Assembly: GCA_022711755.1 (NCBI GenBank)
Contig: JAKLEA010000010.1
Location: 128,899-192,898 of the forward strand
Direction of reading: 5' to 3'
From: Planctomycetota bacterium
Lineage (GTDB): Bacteria > Planctomycetota > Brocadiia > SM23-32 > JAKLEA01
DNA length: 64,000 nucleotides
The stretch's first letter is position 1; every line of letters begins with the position of its first letter. The notes beneath the pieces are model-generated. The model worked only from the letters and a program-made list of their open reading frames with translations. It was not told where the DNA came from and did no database searches. Of the stretch, positions 36,612 to 45,667 are shown piece by piece. A program made the translations under genes and the position numbers.

Positions 36612-39600
36612 CTATTTCAGCCCTCCCTGGCAATCGCACTTGATGTCGGGAAGCGGGCCGCCGTCGGCGGCTCGGACGCGCGCGCAGGCGGACCAGTTGT
36701 CCTTGTAGTCAACAACCTTGAGCAACAGGTCGTTCCATCCTTCCTTAAGACTGATTTTCACTTTATCTTCCCAAGCTGTGGTCGGGCGCACTGCCTTGTT
36801 GGAATGGACTTCGACGCCGTTGAGCCAGACCTTGATGCCGTCATCGCTGCCGACTTCAAGCTGCGCATCCTGCTCCTTCGGGGAATGGATGCGCGTGCGG
36901 AGATACGCGGCGCGATCGTCCCCTCCAATGGATGCGTCAAGGTTGATCAGCCAGGGCTTGTTGCCTTCTCCGACGTCCTGGTCATTCCATTCGACGCCCT
37001 TCGCATCGGCCTGTTCCGGCGGGAACGCGACGTCGAATATCTCCTGCCCGGTCTTGCCTTCCTGCATGTAAGGCCCGGACACCTGCCAGCAGTCCAGGAA
37101 GGTATCCGGCGAGAAGGAGAGTAGTTCCGTCGCGCCCTGGGACTCGATCTTCAGTCCTTCGACCTTGCCGCCGTCAACGCCGCGAATTCTGGCGCAGGCG
37201 CTCCAGTCCCCGCCGCCGTCCGTGATTTTCATCAGCAGGCAGTTCCAACCCTCGTTGAGGGCGACCTTAACCTTGTCCTCGCCGGGATTCATGCCGCGGG
37301 AGGCGTTGTTCGCGTGGACGACCGCCCCGTTGAGCCAGACCTTGATGCCGTCGTCGCTGCCCATCTCAAGATTGACCTCCTGAGCCTTCGGGGAGTAGAC
37401 CTTGGTCAGGAGGTACGCGCAGCGCTGGTCTCCGCCGATGGTCGCGTTGAGGTCAATCATCCAGGGCCTGTTCTGGTCGGTCCCGACCTTCTGAGAGGTC
37501 CACTTTTCAGACTTGGCTTCAGAAGTCTCAGGCGGGAAGGCCATGTCGAAAAGGGCCTTGCCGTCCTTCCCCTCTTTCAAATACGGTCCGGCGACAAGCC
37601 ATGACGTGATGAAGTCCTCGTATTTCTCGATGATTTCCCGGACTTCCTGCGCCTGTTTGCGCACGGACTCCGACTTGGAGACTTCCAGAACCTTCGTTAC
37701 CGCCGCTTTCGCGGCATCCTTGTCGTCGGCGCTCACGTTTTTGGCAATCTTCACCAGCGCGAAGGCCGCCTCGGTGGAAAGGTCCTTGTCCGCCAGGTAA
37801 GGTTCGACCATTTTGAGGGCGGCGGAGTTGGAGACATCCGCGACGCCGGAGAGGACCATTCTACGTTCCTCGGGGCGCTCGGCGACCTCCATCCCTTTTG
37901 CGAAGAGAGCCAGCGTCTCAGCCGCGGAGCGCTCGCTGGGCAGGCCGACGACCCTGACGTATCCGCGCAGGGCCAGTACCTTTTTCGGGAGGTCGGGGGC
38001 GTTCTTCGCCAGTTGCAGCAGTTCCTCCGCCGGGGCGGCGTCCGGCCACTCGGACAGGACGCGCAGGGCGGTCTCGCGGGTTTCCTCGTCATCGCTCTTC
38101 AGGGCTGCGCGGACGGACTCAAGCGCCTTCGCCCCGCCCAGTCGCCCGGCCGCGCGAAGCAGCGCGCACCGGGTCTTCGGCTGGGCATTTGCCAGTTCCG
38201 CAAGGATGGGGGCGACGCGCGCGTCCTGGTCGGAAATCTGCTTGGCCGCGTTCACAAGGGACGTTTCAGCCGCTCGCTGTTCCGCGCCCTCGGACTTCAT
38301 GAAAAGAGCCAGCACGTCGCCCATGGCCTCAGGCCCGGCGACCATGCTCAGGGCGTCAAATGCGGCGATGCGGACCTTCTTATCCGCGTCCTGCGCGGAC
38401 CAGAGGAGGATGGGCGCGGCGGCGGAGCAGTTGCGGTCGGCGATCACCTGTATCAGGGCAACCTTCCGCCCGGCGTCCGCGCCGGGGATGGCTGCGACGA
38501 TAGCGGCGTCAACCATCTCGCCCTGCGCGGTCTTCAGGCAGGACAGAGCGGTGTTCCGCTCCGCGCTTTCCTCGGACCCGAGCGCCTTCACCATGATCGG
38601 AACGCCCGACGCGCCGGCCAGCGGGACGAGCGCCTGAAGGGCGGCGTTGCGCACCATGAGGCTCTTGCTCTTCGTGGCTTCGATGACGGCGGGCGTCGCG
38701 GAGGTGTCCTTGCGCTCGGAAAGCGCGCCCAGCAGGGCGGCCTGCGCGGCGGGGCTGAGCTTCGGAAGCTGATCGGCGAATGCCTTTGTCGCCTGCTGGC
38801 CCGGCATGTCAACGACGTACCTGGCCGCCGTTGGGAACAGGTTTGGATCGTCCCCGGCCAGAAGCTTTGAGATCAGGGGCACGGACATCTCGCCCCGGCA
38901 GTTGACAATGCCCTGCAGGGCGGCGATCTGGACGTGCGCAGCCTCGCAGGGGCAGAACATGTCATCATAAATCGCCGCGGCGGCAACCTTATCCCCTGCT
39001 GCCGCGAGCCTGTCCGCGCAGAGCAGATAAGAGTCAATCACGAGCGGTCGCGCCGCGCCGATGCAGGCGTCCTTGAGCTGCTTGAGCTTCGCGGCGGCCT
39101 CGGCGTTGCCGATCTTGCCCAGGGCGGCGACGGCGGCGGACGAGGCGTCAGCGTCGGCGTCGTCGGCCAGCGCGGCCAGTTGCGGGACGGATTGCGCGTC
39201 GCCGCGCTCGCCCAGGGAGTTGATGATGCCAATGCGCGTCTTGCCCTGTGCGGCGTTCAGCGCGTTGCGGAGCGCGTCGCCGGCCTCCGGGCAGGGCATG
39301 CGCTCAAGCGCGTAGCGGGCCATGTCGCCGGGACTGGCGGCGCCGGGACCGGCTTCCGGGGCGGCCAGGAGCTTTTCAAGCGCGGGGACAGCCTCCGCGT
39401 CGCCGATCTCGCGCAACTGGCGGCAGACGAAGTCCTTGCACGCCGTTGTGGCGTCTGTGCCCAGGATGGCGGCAAGGCGCTCGGAGACGGCCTTGCGCTT
39501 TGCCGGGTCAGCCGCGGTCGAGTTGCAGTAGTCCTCTATGACGCTCAGGCAGGCGCGTTCCTTGTCATAGTCGTAGGCGACCATGTCGGCGAACGCCTTC

Positions 39601-39785
39601 TCGACCGGGTCCTGCGCGGCCTGCGCCGCCGGGGGCGCGGTTTCCGGCGCGGACGCCGGCGCGGCTTCCGCCGATTCCTGGCCCTCAGGAACCTGTACCG
39701 TTTCCGTCTTGTTCACAACGACGCATGAACAAAGAAAGATACACGAGACTACTGCCGCAATCATTCTCACGCGCGACATGTTCAT
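36612..39785 (-). CDS. HEAT-repeat lipoprotein with two C-terminal PA14 domains
   Basis: Lipobox FLCSCV, a long array of HEAT/PBS-lyase-like repeats (..AVPAL..LL.D.D..VR..A..ALG..), and two C-terminal PA14-like modules (GPY..EGK...DGIKVWLNG..V). The alternative ATG at 39779 has better RBS spacing. Confidence 0.65.
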   Translation of the reverse strand: MNMSRVRMIAAVVSCIFLCSCVVVNKTETVQVPEGQESAEAAPASAPETAPPAAQAAQDPVEKAFADMVAYDYDKERACLSVIEDYCNSTAADPAKRKAVSERLAAILGTDATTACKDFVCRQLREIGDAEAVPALEKLLAAPEAGPGAASPGDMARYALERMPCPEAGDALRNALNAAQGKTRIGIINSLGERGDAQSVPQLAALADDADADASSAAVAALGKIGNAEAAAKLKQLKDACIGAARPLVIDSYLLCADRLAAAGDKVAAAAIYDDMFCPCEAAHVQIAALQGIVNCRGEMSVPLISKLLAGDDPNLFPTAARYVVDMPGQQATKAFADQLPKLSPAAQAALLGALSERKDTSATPAVIEATKSKSLMVRNAALQALVPLAGASGVPIMVKALGSEESAERNTALSCLKTAQGEMVDAAIVAAIPGADAGRKVALIQVIADRNCSAAAPILLWSAQDADKKVRIAAFDALSMVAGPEAMGDVLALFMKSEGAEQRAAETSLVNAAKQISDQDARVAPILAELANAQPKTRCALLRAAGRLGGAKALESVRAALKSDDEETRETALRVLSEWPDAAPAEELLQLAKNAPDLPKKVLALRGYVRVVGLPSERSAAETLALFAKGMEVAERPEERRMVLSGVADVSNSAALKMVEPYLADKDLSTEAAFALVKIAKNVSADDKDAAKAAVTKVLEVSKSESVRKQAQEVREIIEKYEDFITSWLVAGPYLKEGKDGKALFDMAFPPETSEAKSEKWTSQKVGTDQNRPWMIDLNATIGGDQRCAYLLTKVYSPKAQEVNLEMGSDDGIKVWLNGAVVHANNASRGMNPGEDKVKVALNEGWNCLLMKITDGGGDWSACARIRGVDGGKVEGLKIESQGATELLSFSPDTFLDCWQVSGPYMQEGKTGQEIFDVAFPPEQADAKGVEWNDQDVGEGNKPWLINLDASIGGDDRAAYLRTRIHSPKEQDAQLEVGSDDGIKVWLNGVEVHSNKAVRPTTAWEDKVKISLKEGWNDLLLKVVDYKDNWSACARVRAADGGPLPDIKCDCQGGLK

Positions 39786-39850
39786 TCCTTCCTTTTCTTT
39801 GCCGAAACATCGGGGAAATCCCGAATGCCGGGAATCCGTTCGATTATTGC

Positions 39851-41130
39851 TTAAAGAGTCCACGGGCTGCGCCTGGCGCGATCCAGATACCTCGTCGCCT
39901 CCGGATCGTCAATGAACTGCTCCTTGTCCGGATTCCACTTGAGCTTGCGGTCCAGGAGCATGGAGATGTTGGCCAGGTGGGACAACGTGATTGACCTGTG
40001 CGCGATTTCCACCGGAGCGACTGTTTCCTTGCGGGACTTCACGCAGTCTATGAAGTTCTGGTAATGTCCTGGGCTTTTATAGAGGTGTACTTCGCCGGGC
40101 TTGATTTCCGACTGAAGGAGGGACTTCGGATGGGCGTCAATGAACCCGCGGTCCACGTGAACCCAGCCTTCCGTTCCCTCGAAGCGGACGCCGCCCTTGT
40201 TCTTGTTGCTGCAGATCAGCTTGACGCCGTTGGCGTAAAGGTATTCGGTATGGTGCTCGGTGGCTGTGTTGTAGAGGCCCTCCTTAGGGAACACGCCGTG
40301 GCCCTCGATCTCGATGGGGCCGGTATACATCGTTCCGTTGCCCCACTGGGCGATGTCGTTATGGTGCGCGCCCCAGTCGGTGATATTCCCGCCGGAGTAG
40401 TCGAGTATCCAGCGGAAGTTCCAGTGCGTCCGGTTCCTGGTGTAGGGGACCCATGGGGCCTGCCCCAGCCACATGTCCCAGTCGAAGCCCGGTGGCACTG
40501 GTTCCGGCGGCTGGACGCCTGTGCTGGGGGAGCCGCCGATGCCGGTCTTGATGGTGTGCAGCTTGCCGATGCGCTCGTTGCGGACCAGCTCGCAGCCGAA
40601 CCGGAATTCCGGGCCTGAGCGCTGTTGGCTGCCGGTCTGGAAGACCACGCCGTAACGCTTGATCGTGTCGGACATGACGCGCCCCTCGCGCACGGTCAGC
40701 GAGAGAGGCTTCTGGCAATACATGTCCTTGCCGGCCTTGGCGGCGGCAATGGCGATGATGGCGTGCCAGTGATCCGGCGTGGCGATCCCGACGGCGTCAA
40801 TGTCGTCGCGGGCGATAATCTCGCGGAAATCGTTGTAGCCCTTGCAGACGTTGCCGAGGTAGCGGAGGTTGACGGTCTTTACGGAGTCCTCGCGGCGGGA
40901 AGTGTCCACGTCGCAGCAGGCCACGACCTGGCATTCCGGGTTTCCCAGGAACGCGCCCATGTCGCCGTTGCCCATTCCGCCGCAACCGATCTGGCCCATT
41001 ACTATGCGGTTGCTCGCCGAGGGCGTTCCGTTTTTGCCCAGGGCGTTTGACGTGACGATGTAGGGCGCGAAGGCGGCCGAGGCCGCCGCCGTCAGGAACT
41101 GCCTTCGCGATACGTTGCCTTTTCGGTGCA
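39851..41130 (-). CDS. Tat-exported Gfo/Idh/MocA-like oxidoreductase (GH109-like family)
   Basis: Tat signal SRRQFLTAAASAAFA, Rossmann motif MGQIGCGGMGNGDM, and a conserved ATPDHWHA. It is a tandem paralog of 41221..42504. The start coordinate may be off by about 1 nt. Confidence 0.75.
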
Positions 41131-41220
41131 TTCTGAGCGTCTCCAGTGGTCGGGCATTTACGATGTGACGAAACGCGGGGGCGCGCAATGCGCCCTTGCG
41201 CAGAGCATTTTCTCTCGCTG

Positions 41221-42504
41221 CTATGTGAGAGTCCAGGGGCTTCGCATGGGGCGCCCGATCAGGCGGTCGGCCTCCGGATCGTTGACGAATCTCTCCCTGC
41301 CGGGGTCCCATCGCAGCTTGCGCCCGAGCAGCATCGCCATGTTGCCCAGGTGGCAGATCGTCGCGGAGCGATGGGCGACCTCCGCAGGCGCTACAGTTTC
41401 CTTCCTTGAGCGCGCACATTCAAGAAAGTTCAGGTGATGTCCGGGACTTTTATAGAGATGCAGTTCGCCCGGCCCTATCTCGCTGCGGATCAGCGATGGC
41501 GGGTCCGGGCGCAGAACTCCACGATCCACGTAGACGCTTCCCTCCGTCCCGATGAAGAGGACGCCGTTGGGATGATGGTCGTCGCAGATCAGCATGGTCC
41601 CGTCCGCGTATGTGTATTCCACGTGGAAGTGGACGGCAGTGTTGAACAGACCTTCTTTGGGAAAATCGCCGCGCCCCTCGATCTCGACCGGCCCGGTGAG
41701 TTCCGTCCCGTTGCCCCACTGAGCGATGTCGTTATGGTGCGCGCCGAAATCGGTCATGTTCCCGCCGGAGTAGTCGAAAATGTAGCGGAATGAGCCGTGG
41801 CAGCGGGAGGGTGTGTAAGGCGCGCACGGGGCCTGCCCGAGCCACATGTCGTAATCGAATCCCGGCGGAACGGGCTGCGGTTTCTGGATTCCAGTCCTCG
41901 GGCCGGGATAAAGGCCTGTCCTGATCGTATGCAGTTTTCCGATTCTCCCGTTGCGGACAAGCTCGCAGGCGAAGCGGAATTCCCACGAGGAGCGCTGCTG
42001 GCTCCCGCACTGGAAGACGCGGCGATAACGCTTCACGGCGTCGGACATCGCGCGCCCCTCCTCGATGGTCAGGGAGAGAGGCTTCTGGCAGAAGATGTCT
42101 TTTCCGGCCTTCGCGGCCATGATGGTCGGAATGGCATGCCAGTGGTCGGGCGTGGCGATACAGACGGCGTCAATGTCCTTGCGCGCCAGCAGTTCCCGGA
42201 AATCGCGATGGACGGCGCATCCCTTGTCGCGGTAGCGAAGGTTGGTCCTTTGCGCGGCGTCCCGCGCGCGGGCGGCGTCAACGTCGCAGACCGCGACCAC
42301 GCGGCAGTCGCCGTGGCCCAGGAAGATCATCATGTCGCCCATGCCCATGTTTCCCGTGCCGATGCAGCCCATCGTGATCCGCTCGCTTGCCGGGGGGACC
42401 CCGCCCTTGCCCAGCGCGGTCGAGGTTATGACATAAGGGGCGAAGGCTGCCGAGGCGGCCGCGCGGAGGAATGTTCTGCGGGTAAGGAGGGAATGGGGCG
42501 GCAT
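41221..42504 (-). CDS. Tat-exported Gfo/Idh/MocA-like oxidoreductase (GH109-like family)
   Basis: Tat signal TRRTFLRAAASAAFA, with MGCIGTGNMGMGDM and ATPDHWHA motifs. It is about 60 % identical by eye to the adjacent paralog. Confidence 0.75.
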   Translation of the reverse strand: MPPHSLLTRRTFLRAAASAAFAPYVITSTALGKGGVPPASERITMGCIGTGNMGMGDMMIFLGHGDCRVVAVCDVDAARARDAAQRTNLRYRDKGCAVHRDFRELLARKDIDAVCIATPDHWHAIPTIMAAKAGKDIFCQKPLSLTIEEGRAMSDAVKRYRRVFQCGSQQRSSWEFRFACELVRNGRIGKLHTIRTGLYPGPRTGIQKPQPVPPGFDYDMWLGQAPCAPYTPSRCHGSFRYIFDYSGGNMTDFGAHHNDIAQWGNGTELTGPVEIEGRGDFPKEGLFNTAVHFHVEYTYADGTMLICDDHHPNGVLFIGTEGSVYVDRGVLRPDPPSLIRSEIGPGELHLYKSPGHHLNFLECARSRKETVAPAEVAHRSATICHLGNMAMLLGRKLRWDPGRERFVNDPEADRLIGRPMRSPWTLT

Positions 42505-42551
42505 GTCGCGCAAGGTTGTCCGGCGGAACTCAAGGCGAGAATCGGGAACTT

Positions 42552-43508
42552 TCAATCCTTCCCGTTGTCGTCGCCCGGATTCGTTCTGTCCGCCGGTTTC
42601 CTGTCTTCCTGTTTGCTTGTATCCTTACTTTTTCTAATGGAAACGCGGTAGAAGACATATACCAGACAGAGAACGGTCAAAGCAACGGCGGCATAGAAAA
42701 AGTCCCGCCCGGACACGGAATAGACGTGCATACTCTTAGTGGAATCCGGCAATCCGCCAGCGCCGATGAAGGTGAAAATGACTGCGCAGAAGGCCGCAAT
42801 AAGAATGGCCGACAGGATTTCCGGGCGTTTCCTCAACTTCGGGAACGCCAGCGGCAGGTGCAGGTAGATCAGGTAAGCCAGCCAGGTGATGAGGCCGAGG
42901 GTCTCCTTTGGGTCCCAGCCCCAGTAGCGCCCCCACGCGCTCTTGGCCCAGAGCGCGCCGGACGTCAGGCCGATGGTCAGAAACGGGAACCCGAAGGCGC
43001 AGAGGCGATAACACAGCCTGTCAATCGCCAGCCCGCGGGATGTCTTCAGTTCCGGTCGGGCTATCTGGACTATGGCGGAGACGAACGCCGCGCCCATCGT
43101 GCCGTAACCGACGAAATAGGCGGTGACGTGGAGGGGGAACCAGTAGCTGCGCAGGGCGGCTGGAAGCTCCCGCACCTCTGATGAAGCCCTGAAGATTGCC
43201 AGCGCCGTCATCACCGCAGCCAGCGCGCTGCCCAGCGCCCCGAGCAACTGGACGCGGAACTGAAGCAGGACCATGAAGTTTGCGAGCGTCAACATAAATG
43301 TAAAAAAGAAGAGGGACTCGTATAGTCCGGAGGCGGGGAAGTGGCCGGCCTGTCGCCATCGCATTCCGATGAAGGCTACGTTGCAGGCCAGCGCCGCCGC
43401 GCACGCGAAAGTCGCAAAGCCGGACATGGCGTCCCTGCGTCTTATGACGCCTATGGTCCAGACAACTGCGGCCAGTGCGTAGAGGGCGAAGGTCAGTTCG
43501 GCAATCAT
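42552..43508 (-). CDS. ccsA: cytochrome c-type biogenesis protein CcsA (System II heme lyase subunit)
   Basis: WWD/Trp-rich heme-handling motif WGRYWGWDPKE and a polytopic membrane topology. Confidence 0.85.
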   Translation of the reverse strand: MIAELTFALYALAAVVWTIGVIRRRDAMSGFATFACAAALACNVAFIGMRWRQAGHFPASGLYESLFFFTFMLTLANFMVLLQFRVQLLGALGSALAAVMTALAIFRASSEVRELPAALRSYWFPLHVTAYFVGYGTMGAAFVSAIVQIARPELKTSRGLAIDRLCYRLCAFGFPFLTIGLTSGALWAKSAWGRYWGWDPKETLGLITWLAYLIYLHLPLAFPKLRKRPEILSAILIAAFCAVIFTFIGAGGLPDSTKSMHVYSVSGRDFFYAAVALTVLCLVYVFYRVSIRKSKDTSKQEDRKPADRTNPGDDNGKD

Positions 43509-43578
43509 TCCTGATGAGTTCTCCTGGCGGGTTCGCGTATGTGTTTAGCGCCAGTTTTTACTTCTTTTCGGAGAAACT

Positions 43579-43710
43579 TCCTTCCCCCGCGCGTAGCGTG
43601 GGGGAAGGTGTCGCCTCGCTCGTCGAGGCGACGGAAGGGGGCATTCACCTAGCCCCCATCCACCAGCCTTCGGCCGGTCCCCCTTCCCCCGCTACACGGC
43701 GCGGGGGAAG
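43579..43710. repeat. cluster of GC-rich palindromic (REP-like) hairpins
   Basis: cttcccccgcgcgtagcgtgggggaagg, gtcgcctcg/cgaggcgac, gggggc-N9-gccccc, and cttcccccgc-tacacg-gcgcgggggaag. The style is similar to the 25463-25620 cluster. Confidence 0.5.
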
Positions 43711-43802
43711 GTCGCGTATTGTCGCGCTTCGTTTCAACAAGGCGCGGGGCGCTAAACACATACGGGTTCGGAGAACCCACCCTACATTTGTAAGTCCTTA
43801 TT

Positions 43803-45575
43803 TCACAAGGGTTTGAGCGCCTTTCGCATCATCCAGCCGGTCACTCCGACGCTGAGGAGGATCATCCCCGCGTAGACCAGCGGAACACCCGGCTCGCTTA
43901 CGATCTGGAGCACGGCGTACTGCCCCGCCTCCTGATCGTAACCGGATTGCAGTATCTTGAATCCGCCGGCGCTGACCGGATTGTTGACGCTTACGGTCTC
44001 TTCGCGCGGGGGCTTGCCCGGCTCGCGGATCGTGATGTCGCTGTAAAACTGGACGGGCTTCATTCCCCCGCGAAACGCGACGTCCACGCCGGCTATCCGG
44101 CTGCCTTCCGGAGTCCAGGAGTCCACCCACGCGGATTCCTTCCGGCTCCCGATCTCCGCCTCCACCAGCAGCGCCGGCGAACGCAGAGACGGCAGCCCGG
44201 CGCGGCGAACCAGCATGTTCTTCATCAGCAGCGTCGGAATGTAACTGCGGTACAGGATGGACGCGCTCCTGCCGGGGAATTGTATGCTGTCCTTCTCATT
44301 CGGCTCGATTTTTTTCACCGCGCCCCCGTCTCTTCGGATGAAGATGACCGGCTTCTCCCCGCCCAAGTAGAACCAGAGCGCGTTTCGCGCGGGGGCGAAA
44401 TAGCTGATCCTGGCGTCCGGATACAGCCCCTGCTCGCCGCGGCCCATGCCGTGCCCGGAATCGAAATCCGGGTAGAAAGCGAAGACCCAGCGGGGCGAAT
44501 CCGCTCCGCCGGGGCCGATCAACTCCACTTGGGCGGCGGGATTGGCGAACTCGGCATTCGACGGATCGCGGAAATCGGGGCGCGAAGCAATGACGCGCAG
44601 GGAGAACGGCGTTCCCTCCAGCGGGACGGTCTCGCCCGGTTTCGCGTCGAACTCGTAGCCCTTGCCGCCGAGGGCGACGAGGTAGCGCTCCTCAAGGCAT
44701 TCCTTTTCAAGGGTCTCCGGAGGGACGCCGGGGACCTCGCGGGAGAAGAGCGCGATTTCGCCCTCCTGCCAGAAGAAACGCCCGGCTCTGGAATTGCGCG
44801 GGATGAGATACCAGTCCGTAGGGCGGGTGCTCCGCACCCGCGCGGGTTCTGTATTGGCCGCGCGTTCGGCGACTTCGAGAGTCAGCCCGACGGCGGGACC
44901 GTAATCAATTGCTCCAGGGTCGCCCGGCTCTGCGGGGGCCATGCGATACTCGGCGTCGGGCATATAGTCCAGCAGGCGGATTTCGCAACCGGCTTCGGGG
45001 ATTGCAACAGTCCCCCCGAGCGGAACCGTTATCTCCCGCGCGCCGGCGGCTGTCCGGACGGACAGGACCGGCGGCGACGGGTCAATGCGGAAATCGCGAA
45101 GGGCGATCTGGAAGGGAAGCTCCTCAACCCGGCGGTCCCAGGCGAAAACGCCGTCCGGACCCTTGCGGTAAAAATCCACTATCATGTGGTTCTGCGGGGC
45201 GTCCGGCCCGACGGCCATTGCGCCCTCGCGGCGGAACTTCAAGTCCATGACCACGCCGGCCAGGGTCAGAAGGATGCTGAAATGCGTAAGCAGGAACCAC
45301 CCCCCGGGCTTTCCGATGAAGCATCGCCTGACCGTGCATGCCGCAAGATTAACGCCAAACAACGCCAGCAGCGCAATGAACCAGCGGGAACGATAGACGT
45401 CCGTAAGCCCGGCGGCGTGAAGGGCGCGGCTGCCGACCGAGCCGTAAAGCTCAATGTAGGACTCGGCGGGCATGCGCTGAACGATGAGCGTGCCCAGCCC
45501 CGACGCCGCCGATATCAGGATCAGCGTCGCAATGGTCAGGCGTAGCGAAGCCAGTTTATCCAGAAGCGTTCTCAA
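43803..45575 (-). CDS. resB: cytochrome c biogenesis protein ResB/CcsB (System II)
   Basis: 590 aa with N-terminal TM helices and a ResB-like start (LASLRLTIATLILISAASGLGTL). It lies adjacent to ccsA. Confidence 0.75.
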   Translation of the reverse strand: MRTLLDKLASLRLTIATLILISAASGLGTLIVQRMPAESYIELYGSVGSRALHAAGLTDVYRSRWFIALLALFGVNLAACTVRRCFIGKPGGWFLLTHFSILLTLAGVVMDLKFRREGAMAVGPDAPQNHMIVDFYRKGPDGVFAWDRRVEELPFQIALRDFRIDPSPPVLSVRTAAGAREITVPLGGTVAIPEAGCEIRLLDYMPDAEYRMAPAEPGDPGAIDYGPAVGLTLEVAERAANTEPARVRSTRPTDWYLIPRNSRAGRFFWQEGEIALFSREVPGVPPETLEKECLEERYLVALGGKGYEFDAKPGETVPLEGTPFSLRVIASRPDFRDPSNAEFANPAAQVELIGPGGADSPRWVFAFYPDFDSGHGMGRGEQGLYPDARISYFAPARNALWFYLGGEKPVIFIRRDGGAVKKIEPNEKDSIQFPGRSASILYRSYIPTLLMKNMLVRRAGLPSLRSPALLVEAEIGSRKESAWVDSWTPEGSRIAGVDVAFRGGMKPVQFYSDITIREPGKPPREETVSVNNPVSAGGFKILQSGYDQEAGQYAVLQIVSEPGVPLVYAGMILLSVGVTGWMMRKALKPL

Positions 45576-45667
45576 TGCCGGTAAGATGCAACCATGAAGA
45601 GAAGCCGAAAGCGAGGTTGAAGATGATTTCCGCCGACATTATGAAATACAAGATATCAGACCGGCGT

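Noticed and set aside
39851-41419. Apparent ~200-bp overlap between the two tandem Gfo/Idh/MocA ORFs
   Set aside because: It is an artefact of the longest-ORF call. The downstream paralog starts at MHRKGNVSRRQF (about 41130), with a Tat motif right after it, so the genes do not actually overlap.
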